A DNA stretch of 64,000 nucleotides from Thecamonas trahens ATCC 50062 (lineage: Eukaryota > Protista > Apusomonadida). The translations under genes were made by a program, and so were the position numbers. Under the pieces are notes generated by a model that was not told the DNA's origin, searched no databases, and worked only from the letters and a program-made list of their open reading frames with translations. Below, piece by piece: positions 11,017-20,367 of this stretch. Position 1 is the stretch's first letter, and each line of letters opens with the position of its first letter. The stretch spans positions 326,922 through 390,921 of the forward strand of contig NW_013657648.1 of assembly GCF_000142905.1 (NCBI RefSeq), given 5' to 3'.

Positions 11017-12942
11017 CTACAATGCGGGATCACTGCTGTCAATCATCAGTGCCTGCATGACCTGATTACGGAGGGCGGCAACCTGCTGGACAAGCTGCTC
11101 CTCTCGGGAGCGCGCAGCGGCAAGCTGCACCTCCATGGCACGGCGCTCAGCCTTGACGGCGCGAAGCTCCAGCTCGGCTGCCGAGGTCGGTGAGACATGC
11201 TGCCGCTGAGAGAGCTTGCGTGATGCAGACTTGGCGATCTTGTTGGCCTTGGCGATGGCCTTGGCGGAAGCCTCGGCTGCTGCTGCCGCAGCAGCCTCAG
11301 CGCGACGTGCGCGCAGCTCGGCGCTGCGCGCTCTGGCAGAAGCAATTTCAACGCATTTTGTGGCAGTCTCGTCGTCGCCATCAACCAGAACCTGCAGGCA
11401 CGCGACGTGGTTGGCAAACGAGGCCTCCAGCTGGATCAGATCGGTGTTGTGGTGGGCGGCGAGCGCGGCCATGTCGTGCTCGGGCGACTCGACAACGGCA
11501 TACGTGGAGTTGAGACCAAAGTCCGGCGCGGCGACGTCGGTATCGGCAAAGTCGCCATCACTAGTGCTACTCAAGCTATCTGCCGCAGCAGCGCAGTGAA
11601 TGATCGAGTCGGTCACCTGCGAGGTGGCGAGCGAGGCACACATCTGCCCGTCGAGCCACGATAGAGTCATGGTCACGTCACTCGGGGCTGCCGCCGGCCC
11701 CGGCGCTAGCGGATCAGCGACAAGCGGAAGGAGCGCCTCGCTGCCGACTGCAATGCCCGAGATGGTGCGGTAGGCCAGAGCAGGCACCTTCCACAACACC
11801 GCGAACTTGCTCAGCTCCGCAGTCTTGTGGTCGAGGGCAGCGCAGAGCTGGCCAGCCGAGTCGGCAATGCTGCGCCCACTGGCCATCAGCTGCGCCACCT
11901 TTGCCACTGTCGCGCATGCGGCCACCATCGCAGAGCTCAGCTCCGCCGCCTTTCCGCTCAGCTGCAGGCCCATTGCCACCATCTCCTTGTGGAGCCCAAG
12001 CGAGGCCGAGTGCAGGATGCGCAGCTTGTCCGCAGCGGCGGCAGCAGCCTCGCGGTCAGTTGTTGGGAGCGCGTGTATATCATTGTATACCATGTTCGCC
12101 CCCTCGACCACCTCGATCATGTTGTCCAGGCTCGTGGTGTGGCTCGCATGGCCGGGTGCAGGCCGCTCTGCCGGCCCGACATCGCGCGCCCGAGCCAGCC
12201 ACTGCTCACCCTCTGTGGCCACCATCGCCGCCTGCGCCACAATCTCGCGGCTACTGCTGACGAGCTCAGCACGCCATGCCTTGGTCTGCGCTGCATCAGC
12301 ACCATGCGCATAAGCCAGCATCGAGTCGTCCGGGACCGATCCGTCCGCAACAAGAGGCATGACATGATCCGCAAGCCGTGCAAAGGCGGACTGGGACTGC
12401 TCGAGCAGGGTGAGCGCCTGAGCCATCGCACGTGCCCGTCGGGCAGTGTAGGCGGAGTGTGCATCGACAGCCGCACGGATCCGATCCAGCCGCTGTGTCG
12501 CCTCGTCCGCCTGCTCGAGCGCAGCCTTTGAGGTTCGGAGCGCAGCGCGGAGGTTCTCCAGCATGCGGCTCGCGTGCATCCCGAGGACGTCGAGGGCGAT
12601 GCCACGGTCGTCATCACACTCTTCGTCACACTCACCATCGTCCCATAACACCACAGTCTCAGCAGCCGTCCTAAGCTCCTCGGTGCGGCTAAGGAGCGGC
12701 GCAATGGTCTCCTCGATGCGCGGCACCGGCCGGGCCCAGAACGTCGGATCGATGAGGTAGACGACGAATGAGTCGCCGCTTGGTGCTGCCTCGTCTTCGT
12801 TCTTCAGCAAGTGTGACATCAGCGCGGTATGCGACACCAGGCGACCGGTGCTTCGGATGATCAGCGCCTGCAAGGGAAGGCCACGGAGCGCGCTTGTGTC
12901 GTGCACCGAGCCGCACAGGCCAACGACACGCCACAAAGACAT
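11017..12942 (-). CDS. Helical/coiled-coil protein (641 aa); weak resemblance to Atg11/Atg17-type scaffolds
   Basis: Long ATG ORF with amphipathic helices and a C-terminal coiled coil (ELELRAVKAERRAMEVQLAAARSREEQLVQQVAALRNQV). The family call is tentative. Confidence 0.6.
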   Translation of the reverse strand: MSLWRVVGLCGSVHDTSALRGLPLQALIIRSTGRLVSHTALMSHLLKNEDEAAPSGDSFVVYLIDPTFWARPVPRIEETIAPLLSRTEELRTAAETVVLWDDGECDEECDDDRGIALDVLGMHASRMLENLRAALRTSKAALEQADEATQRLDRIRAAVDAHSAYTARRARAMAQALTLLEQSQSAFARLADHVMPLVADGSVPDDSMLAYAHGADAAQTKAWRAELVSSSREIVAQAAMVATEGEQWLARARDVGPAERPAPGHASHTTSLDNMIEVVEGANMVYNDIHALPTTDREAAAAAADKLRILHSASLGLHKEMVAMGLQLSGKAAELSSAMVAACATVAKVAQLMASGRSIADSAGQLCAALDHKTAELSKFAVLWKVPALAYRTISGIAVGSEALLPLVADPLAPGPAAAPSDVTMTLSWLDGQMCASLATSQVTDSIIHCAAAADSLSSTSDGDFADTDVAAPDFGLNSTYAVVESPEHDMAALAAHHNTDLIQLEASFANHVACLQVLVDGDDETATKCVEIASARARSAELRARRAEAAAAAAAEASAKAIAKANKIAKSASRKLSQRQHVSPTSAAELELRAVKAERRAMEVQLAAARSREEQLVQQVAALRNQVMQALMIDSSDPAL

Positions 12943-13172
12943 GGTCGTGAGAAGGTGGGGGGAGAGAGAGAGAAAGAAAGATGTGGGCGAGAGAGGTGTG
13001 GTGGAGGAACGGGCGCAGGCGGAAGAGCAAAGGAGGGGGAGGGGGGGAAGGAGATGGTGGGTCTACTGAGTGTGCCGTCATCTGGTGTCGGTGTGTGGAA
13101 GGCGAAATGGAACGATGAACCGGTGGCAAATGAAGGAACGAAACGAGCGATGTCAATCACAGTTGCCTCATG

Positions 13173-13408
13173 GCAACCAATCATGTCACGGTTGTTGCCA
13201 ATGGCCTCGTACCAGTCGATTATGTTGCGCTTGTTGTCAACGGCCTCGTAACAACCAATCATGTCGCGATTGTTGCCAATGGCCTCGTAACAACCAATCA
13301 CGTCGCGATCGTTGCCCGTGATGTTGACCTGCATGGCCTTGTAGCAATCGATCATGTCACGGTTGTTGCCAATGGCCTCGTAACAGCCAATAACATCACA
13401 ATTGTTGT
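13173..13408. repeat. Diverged ~39-bp tandem repeat (~6 units) containing CCAAT
   Basis: Consensus caaccaatcatgtcacggttgttgccaatggcctcgtaa repeated with substitutions; one unit has an insertion. Confidence 0.85.
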
Positions 13409-14390
13409 GTGACTAATGATGGCCTGATGACGTGTGCTGAACGGCTCCTCCCCCCCCCCCTGCCGGACTCATACCGAGCTCAACGCTATGATTCCACAAA
13501 GGGAAGCGAGACACTAGCCAGTTGGCGGGTGGTGGGGCAGAGCCACCGCAGAGATGGTTCATGCTTCGAGAGTCGCGCATGTGACCTAGGGTAGTGCTGC
13601 GGGGCATATTCTTGGTCATGACGCCATACACAAGGTGCGGCACAGGTTGATTGTCAAACGTTGCAACACCCCAAAAATAGTGCCCTCTGCCACCGGGACG
13701 GAGCTCATGGCAGCGAGCCACCAAGCCCGACGCGGGTACACTGCCGCAACAAGAGCGAGGTGAGCAAAGGTGAGCGCCTTAAGCACCCATGTGTGCGTAG
13801 CATAGCTAAACGTGGCATCATCACCCCCTTTTCCGAGCCGAGCTTCGCGCCCAGACGGTCTGGGCGCGGTTGACCAACTCGCAACCAATGTCCTCGACCA
13901 GCACGTGCCTACTGGCAACGCACGCCTCTCTCTCCCACCGGTACGTCGACGGGAGCCAAGCACGCGGCAGCAGCCGTCCGTGTCCCTTGCCCCCCCCCTC
14001 TCCTCCTCCCCGTCCTCCCCTCCCATTACTCCCTTGCCCCCCCTCCCCCCTCCCCCTCCCCCTATCCCCCCCCCATCCCCCCTCCCATCCCCCCCCCCCC
14101 CCCCATCCCATGTCGGTATCCATGGGGGTGCCAATATGGCCTCCTCCCGCCCTTTCTTTCCAGATGCGCAAATTGGACCCAAGTCCACCCGAATCGGCCA
14201 AGAACAACGCCCCCTGCCGCCTGCCGCCTGCCGCCTGCACCACCAAGTCCATACTCTGCCCCCTACCGACCGAGCCTCCTTCCTTCCCCTCCCCTGCTAC
14301 CGCCATCGTTTCATCGCGGCAATGGGAGAGGGGGGGGGAGGGGGGGAGGGGGCGACGGGGCTGGGTGAGCAGCGACAGCGCAAACTGCTG

Positions 14391-14434
14391 CCACCGCCAC
14401 CACCACCACCACCACCACCACCACCACCACCACC
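14391..14434. repeat. (CCA)n microsatellite
   Basis: Direct inspection; lies in a short upstream ORF 14322..14543 encoding poly-Pro. Confidence 0.9.
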
Positions 14435-14849
14435 GCTATATGCCATTGTACCCACCTTCGGCTCATCTCGCAACGTCGCCAAGGCTATGTCCATACTTGA
14501 TGCTGATCGGCTCGCGCTCCAGCAGCACGTTGGACTCGGCTGACGAAGCTCTGCTCTCGTACTCAACAAGCACAAGCGTTGGTCACCACCGGCTGGCGCC
14601 AGCAGTTCTTGACGTGGCGTGGCCGACGCTGGCTCTACTTGCTTGACCGCAGACGTGTCTGGGGTCTCAGGCACTTGGCCACGATGTGGTGGGGGAGGGG
14701 GGGACGGTGGACGATCTGGTGCAGGCGGGAGCTTGTGGTGACTTTTGACGCTGCACGAGTCATGGCCAAGATGTACGGCAGAGACTCACTGGGAGAGGAG
14801 GAATGCGCAGCAAGGGGATACTCTGCGAGGGGTGGACAGATCGCCAAGT

Positions 14850-16733
14850 ATGGGATCGCCTGCCAAGGCGAATGGTGCAGACAAGGCAGGAGGCGGCGAG
14901 GCAGGAAGCCAGTCCGAGTCAACGTCCGCGCTCTCTGCGACACTCGGGCTCGGGGGCGAGGGCCAAGAGAGCGGCGAGACGGAGGCACGGTATGTGGTAG
15001 ACGCATCGATCAAGGAGCTGTACACCATCGAGCGGCTACTGTCTGAGGGCTCATACGGAATCGTATGGAAGGGGGTGCGGAAGGAGACCGGCGAAGTAGT
15101 GGCCATCAAGAAGGTGTTTGAGGCATTCTACTCGTCGACCGATGCGCAGCGGACCTACCGTGAGGTCATGTTCCTGACACAGCTTCGGCGACACACCAAC
15201 ATTATCAAGCTCCACGGGGTTCACCCTGCGGTTAACAACCGCGACCTGTATCTTGTGTTTGAGTACATGGAGTCCGATCTGCACTCGGTCATCCGTGCTC
15301 AGATCCTGCAGAATGTCCACAAGCAGTACATTGTGTACCAGACGCTGCGGGCGCTCAAGTATATCCACTCCGGCAAGCTCTTGCACCGTGACCTCAAGCC
15401 ATGCAACTTGCTCGTCTCGTCGACATGCGAGCTGAAGGTCTGCGACTTTGGGCTCTCGCGGTCGCTGGCGACAACTTCCGAGGACCTGCCGACGTCGGCC
15501 GATCTGACGGTGTACGTGGCGACCCGGTGGTACCGTGCGCCTGAGATCCTGCTCGGGTGCCCCAAGTACACAGTGGGCATCGACCTCTGGTCGCTGGGGT
15601 GCATCATTGGCGAGCTCCTTGTGGGCAAGCCCCTGTTCCCCGGCTCATCAACGCTCAATCAGCTCGAGCGGATTTTCAATCTCATTGGGCGGCCATCCGA
15701 CGAAGATCTCGCGTCGATTGAGTCGCCCTTTGCCGCTGCCATGATGCAGCGCATCACCGCCGAGAAGACCGTCTCGTTTGCCGAGCAGTTCCCGTCGGCC
15801 TCGCTCGAGGGCGTCGACCTCATGCTCCGACTGCTGCAGTTTAACCCGGCGAAGCGAATCTCAGTCCGTGACGCCCTCCGTCACCCCTTTGTCCGCATGT
15901 TCCACAACTCGGCTACTGAGCCAGTTCTCAAGCACCCGATCCGCATCCCGGTCAACGACGATGTCAAGCACTCTAAGGACTTTTACCGCTCGGCGCTGTA
16001 CCAGGGCATGGAACAGCTCTCAGCGTTTGTCGCCGGCGACGCGGACACCGGAGACGCCGCGGTCGGCAGTCGACCCGGCGACTCGTTGTCGTCAACCTCG
16101 GTCCAGCCGTCGGGATCATCCAGCTCGGTCCAGTCGTCGTCCGAGGCCGGCTCGTCGAGCTCATCGTCGCGATGCGTCGCTGCTCGGCGTGTCTCGGACG
16201 CCGGCATCGTCTCGGTTCCCTCGTCGTCGCTCACTCCGCCACGACATGGCCTCCGCGCTCCGGTCTCGACTCCAACCGGAGATCCCGGCGAAGACGTCCG
16301 CGTCCTCGACGCCACATCGTCCTCGCCCGAGTCATGTCCTCGGTCCAAATCCAAGTCCAAGTACAAGGCCAAAGCTAAGACCAAAGCCAAGGCCAAGGGC
16401 AAAGGCAAGGCCGGAAAGGCAAAGGCAAAGGCGAAGGCCAAGGCCGACGCCGATAGTGATGGTGAAGCCAAGACAGGCCGACAGCAACGGGCCTCCACCG
16501 AGCACAGCGGGACGCTCGAGCGCAAGCGGAGCAAGAGCAAAGCTAAGGCAAAGGCAAGGGCAAAGGCAAAGGCAAAGGCCAAGACCAAGACCAAGACCAA
16601 GACCAAGGCTAAGAGCAAGACCAAGACCAAGGCTAAGAGCAAAGCCAAGGACAAGGAGCAGGCACTGCCCGACGCCGCGCCAGCTTTGGGGTCGGCCGAA
16701 TCGTCAGGCAGCTCATTCGGCTCGGGCTTTTGA
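14850..16733 (+). CDS. MAPK15: Mitogen-activated protein kinase, ERK7/MAPK15-like, with Lys-Ala/Lys-Thr-rich tail
   Basis: GSYGIVWK, VAIKKVFEAF..TDAQRTYREV, NNRDLYLVFEYMESDLH, HRDLKPCN, DFG, TVYVATRWYRAPE and LFPGSSTLNQLERI are ERK7/8 signatures. Confidence 0.9.
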   Translation: MGSPAKANGADKAGGGEAGSQSESTSALSATLGLGGEGQESGETEARYVVDASIKELYTIERLLSEGSYGIVWKGVRKETGEVVAIKKVFEAFYSSTDAQRTYREVMFLTQLRRHTNIIKLHGVHPAVNNRDLYLVFEYMESDLHSVIRAQILQNVHKQYIVYQTLRALKYIHSGKLLHRDLKPCNLLVSSTCELKVCDFGLSRSLATTSEDLPTSADLTVYVATRWYRAPEILLGCPKYTVGIDLWSLGCIIGELLVGKPLFPGSSTLNQLERIFNLIGRPSDEDLASIESPFAAAMMQRITAEKTVSFAEQFPSASLEGVDLMLRLLQFNPAKRISVRDALRHPFVRMFHNSATEPVLKHPIRIPVNDDVKHSKDFYRSALYQGMEQLSAFVAGDADTGDAAVGSRPGDSLSSTSVQPSGSSSSVQSSSEAGSSSSSSRCVAARRVSDAGIVSVPSSSLTPPRHGLRAPVSTPTGDPGEDVRVLDATSSSPESCPRSKSKSKYKAKAKTKAKAKGKGKAGKAKAKAKAKADADSDGEAKTGRQQRASTEHSGTLERKRSKSKAKAKARAKAKAKAKTKTKTKTKAKSKTKTKAKSKAKDKEQALPDAAPALGSAESSGSSFGSGF

Positions 16734-16753
16734 CGGAGGGAATAATGAGGCGT

Positions 16754-18026
16754 TTACTCGTAAAGTACGTCGTAGTGGCCCGGGCGGTAGAGGAGAGTGC
16801 AGACGGGGCGGCCGCCATCAGGAATGACGATTTCCGAGGCGGCGCCGTCGGCGGTGGTGGACTGGTCGAGATAGACGACGCGGACAGCGAGGTCGAGGTA
16901 GGCGGTGAGGGCAGTGATCTGGACGTGGTCAGCGTCGCGGCCGACAGCCTCAACCTCGATGCGACGGAACTCGTCGACAGACAGGCCCGAACCCTCGATG
17001 AAGAACTGGAAGAAGTCTGCATTCTTGGCAAGGTGGAGCGAGACGAGGAAGCGCATAAACTGGACGATGTACTCGGTCCGCTCCTGATCACGGAAGCAAG
17101 CCAGGAGATCGTCGTGCGAGTAGTTGCCGCCCTTGATGGCGCGGAGCGGAGCCATGGTCATGGCCCAAAAGTCGTCGATGAACTCGTCAAAGCCGGCGGC
17201 GAGGAGATCGGCCTTGGAGGCTTCAAAGACGCTGACGACGCGGGTCACGTCCTCGGGCTCCGCCAGCGTCATGAGCCACTCGCAAAGGCCAAAGGCAAAG
17301 CCGCGATAGAAGCAGTTGCCGTCCGGCCGAGTCGTCCGCATCCACTGGAACTTGCTCGGCAGCAGCTCAAGCTTGCGGCGGAGCGTCTCGGACGCCGTCT
17401 CGTACTCTGAGCTCAGCTCGGTGACCGCAACCAAATCTCCCACATACGGCTTGGTCAGCACTTCTTCCTCACGGATCCGCTCCTGCTGCGCGATGATCTC
17501 TCTGTCAAAGGCCGCTGCGGCAGGTACGATAGCGTGAGTTCATGACGGCATAGCCTTTGGCCGCGATCCCCCGCGGAGTCCGAGATCACGACCACAACAA
17601 GCGACACACGATCGAGGCAAGTAATGCCACGAGCAGGGCGATGCAGTTGGCGAGCCGAGTGATATCGCGAGCTGGGCAACATGGCGACCGAGCCGAGCAG
17701 TGTGGCGAGCGAGCCATACGATGTGGCCTGGCCTGTAGCCGACCAGAGCAAGGACACGAGGCCTTGGCAACGCACATACGCCGCCATCCATCCCCCTACA
17801 GACAGTACCACATTCCCCATATCTCCCCATCTCCTCCCCCTTCCCTCCCCCTTCCCTTTCCCTGCCCGCAGCCTGTGTGTGCCCTCTGTCACGCCGTACC
17901 GTTGTCAATGGAAGCCTGGTCGATGACCACCTGGTCACCGCCTGCCTCCCCGCCTTGGCCTCCCTCTGCTGCTGCTCCGCCAGCCTCTGTCCCTCACACC
18001 ATGTTGTTCTCCTCGTTTGACGCCAT
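16754..18026 (-). CDS. OTUB1: Otubain-family deubiquitinase (peptidase C65), spliced
   Basis: RTTRPDGNCFYRGF, ADHVQITAL and LLYRPGHYDVLY. The main exon is 17514..16754. A phase-1 intron 17899..17515 (GTACGG...ACTCAC...CCGCAG) joins an upstream exon in frame. ATG at 18026, but see the in-frame TGA finding. Confidence 0.9.
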
Positions 18027-18167
18027 TGCTCCTTCTTCTTCTCTTACACACTCGAGTGTTGCTCACTTGCACTCTTCTCGCCTCACCCTCTCCCCCCCCC
18101 ACGCCTGCCTGTCCCATGTTCGCTGGTCGCCTGTCCGCCTTCCGAGTCGTCGGTCGCAATCGTGATT

Positions 18168-18290
18168 GTAATCGTTCGAGTTATCGTTCGGAATATTGTT
18201 CGAGTTATCGTTCGAGTTAGCGCTTGAGCTAGTGTTCCGGGTCATCACTGAGCCGCAGTCGTATCTACGGCTATCGTTCGAACCATCGTA
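18168..18290. repeat. Short ~12-bp degenerate tandem repeat (ttatcgttcgag)
   Basis: atcgttcgag / ttatcgttcgga / tattgttcgag / ttatcgttcgag and further decayed copies. Confidence 0.65.
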
Positions 18291-18907
18291 CGGCCGCAGC
18301 TGTATCTATGGCTTTGTATCCCCTCTGCAACTCAACTACGTGACGTTGCAAGGGCAATGTATGTGGTAGACGAGAAAACAAAGTTGAATCAAGAGGTAAT
18401 GTGTTTGTTCATGTCCATGGCGTGAGAAACAATGATCTTAGCACAGAAAATCTGCTCCTCTCGGCCTATCTCTCCACGCCGCGCCGCCTCTAATCCCATA
18501 CGCACACCGTGTAGGCCGATTCTATCCGGCGCCACACACTGGGTTGTACCAGGCAGACCATTCTGTGCCTGCTCAGTATGACCCGCCTTAAGATTCACCG
18601 CATCACCTGCCATGCTCGGTCCGAGCACGAGAAACTGCGACCTTTTTTCGCCACCGCCATCGCCGACTGCCACCATCCTGCCCACACTACTGTCTCAGCC
18701 GAGCTACGCCACAGCCACGTTCCCATACAACAACCCGGCCATACGAGCTGCGTTTGTGTTGTGTGGTCGGCGAAGCGAGCACGATGTCTTGACGGAGCAA
18801 GAACCATGTTCACGGAGAGCTGCAGACTACGACCTTTTTCCGCCACTGCTGCCTGCACAGCTGCCCTCACACGCCCTCACACGTCTCCATAGCCACCAGT
18901 CGACACC

Positions 18908-19294
18908 ATGAACAGTTTCGAAGAGAGCGACGACGGTGACGTCCTTCTCCCACTTGCCGAGCCCGTGTCCATCTCCGTTACCGAGCTGGACGACCATGCT
19001 GTCCTGCCACTCGCCAGCTTGGCACATGGCGCATCAGCGGCAGCCCAAGCCGAAGCTACCGCCACATCAAGAGCACAAGCGGCAGAGCCAAGTCGCCAAC
19101 GCAAGCGCCGCTGGGAGAGCCACGGGTCCACAAGCGAGTGCACTCTGTCGGGCAACGATGACATTGGGAGAACGAGGCCCATGCTAGAGGACCCCGGCGT
19201 GGAACGGGGCGGCGCGCGCGAGCTTGGCCCACGCCGCGACACGGTCGGCTTGAGCGCACGCGGGCACGGAGATCGATGCGGTGATCATTGGTGA
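18908..19294 (+). CDS. Short ORF, probably a gene 5' end fused at a rearrangement junction (possibly the N-terminus of the SWIM-RING gene)
   Basis: ATG ORF MNSFEESDDGDVLLPLAEP...RQRKRRW; runs into the 62-bp duplicated block and ends out of frame with the SWIM-RING ORF. Confidence 0.4.
   Translation: MNSFEESDDGDVLLPLAEPVSISVTELDDHAVLPLASLAHGASAAAQAEATATSRAQAAEPSRQRKRRWESHGSTSECTLSGNDDIGRTRPMLEDPGVERGGARELGPRRDTVGLSARGHGDRCGDHW
19197..19258. repeat. 62-bp direct repeat, copy 1
   Basis: gcgtggaacggggcggcgcgcgcgagcttggcccacgccgcgacacggtcggcttgagcgca, identical to 21699..21760. Confidence 0.95.
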
Positions 19295-20279
19295 CGAGAG
19301 CCTGGGCGTTTTGTCTGGGGTGGTACAGAGCTTGTCTGGAGCGACTGCTGCGTCGTCCACGACGACAAGTGCATCGAGTGCATCGAGTGCATCGACAGCG
19401 GCGCCAGCCCGGGCGAGGCGGCGGATCAGGACGAGTACGGTGGCGCAGCGGGCCAAGAAGCCAGTTGCTGACTCGGCCGAGGTCGAGGAGCGCGCGGTGC
19501 GTTGGCGAGCGCGGGCTCCTGCTGGAATGAAGCGGCGGAAGGAGCGGGCGATGTCCCAGCCGCTGTTTCTCCTCTCGGCGTCGATCGATCGCGACGTGCC
19601 GCGCGGGGAGTTTGCAGTCACCGGCTCGACTGGCAACGTCTACAACGTGGTCTTTGCCGAGAGGACGACGTGTTCGTGCCCCGACGCGGGGAAGGGCAAT
19701 GTGTGCAAGCACGCCCTCTTTGTCGGCATCAAGGTGCTTAAGATCCCATCGCGCTCGCCACTGCTGTTCAACGCCCTGCTTCCGTCCGAGCTCAAGGTGG
19801 TCTTTGCCAACCTTGCCATTGCGCGGCACGTCATGGCGTCATCGCAGGCGCAGCAGGCGTACGTGACAGCCGTGCTGGGCGAGGGCGATGCTGACGGCGA
19901 CGGCAATACAAGCGGGGCGCCTGGCGTGACCCGCAAGCCTGTCGACGGCGAGTGTCCAGTTTGCTTTGACGATCTGGACTCGGATCCGGTGGTGTGGTGC
20001 CGGGGCCAGTGCGGACAGAACCTACACAAGCGCTGCTTCGAGCAGTGGTCGGCGCACGGCGGCAAGGTGTGTGTTCTCTGCCGCGCGCCATGGCTCGAGA
20101 CCTCGCTGTCCAACGTCGAGGGCTACATCAACTTGGCCCCGTTTGAACGACGCGCCCTCACTGCACGGCTCGACCGGTACCGATCGGCCTACCAGTCCCG
20201 GTACTCGCGGAGGCGGTACAACTACGACCATGATTGGAACGAATCGGCCAGCAATAGCACAGGCAGCAGTGAAAACTGA
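19281..20279 (+). CDS. SWIM zinc finger + RING (C4HC3-type) E3 ubiquitin ligase-like protein, ZSWIM2/MEKK1 N-terminus-like; copy A (open frame, start uncertain)
   Basis: FAVTGSTGNVYNV...CSCPD...CKHALFV (SWIM) and CPVCFDDL...WCRGQCGQNLHKRCFEQW...CVLCRAPW (RING). Confidence 0.88.
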   Translation: MIIGDESLGVLSGVVQSLSGATAASSTTTSASSASSASTAAPARARRRIRTSTVAQRAKKPVADSAEVEERAVRWRARAPAGMKRRKERAMSQPLFLLSASIDRDVPRGEFAVTGSTGNVYNVVFAERTTCSCPDAGKGNVCKHALFVGIKVLKIPSRSPLLFNALLPSELKVVFANLAIARHVMASSQAQQAYVTAVLGEGDADGDGNTSGAPGVTRKPVDGECPVCFDDLDSDPVVWCRGQCGQNLHKRCFEQWSAHGGKVCVLCRAPWLETSLSNVEGYINLAPFERRALTARLDRYRSAYQSRYSRRRYNYDHDWNESASNSTGSSEN

Positions 20280-20367
20280 TAGCACTGACCCCCCACCTGT
20301 ACATGTCGACTGACGCTGGCGCCCGAACTGGTGTGTGAAAGTACGACGACGTTGCATGTAGTAGTGA

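Noticed and set aside
14322-14543. Poly-Pro ORF as a separate gene or MAPK exon
   Set aside because: Short and microsatellite-driven; I could not support a splice to the kinase.
19281-20279. SWIM domain as a MULE/Mutator transposase
   Set aside because: No DDE domain or terminal inverted repeats; SWIM + RING is a cellular E3-ligase architecture.
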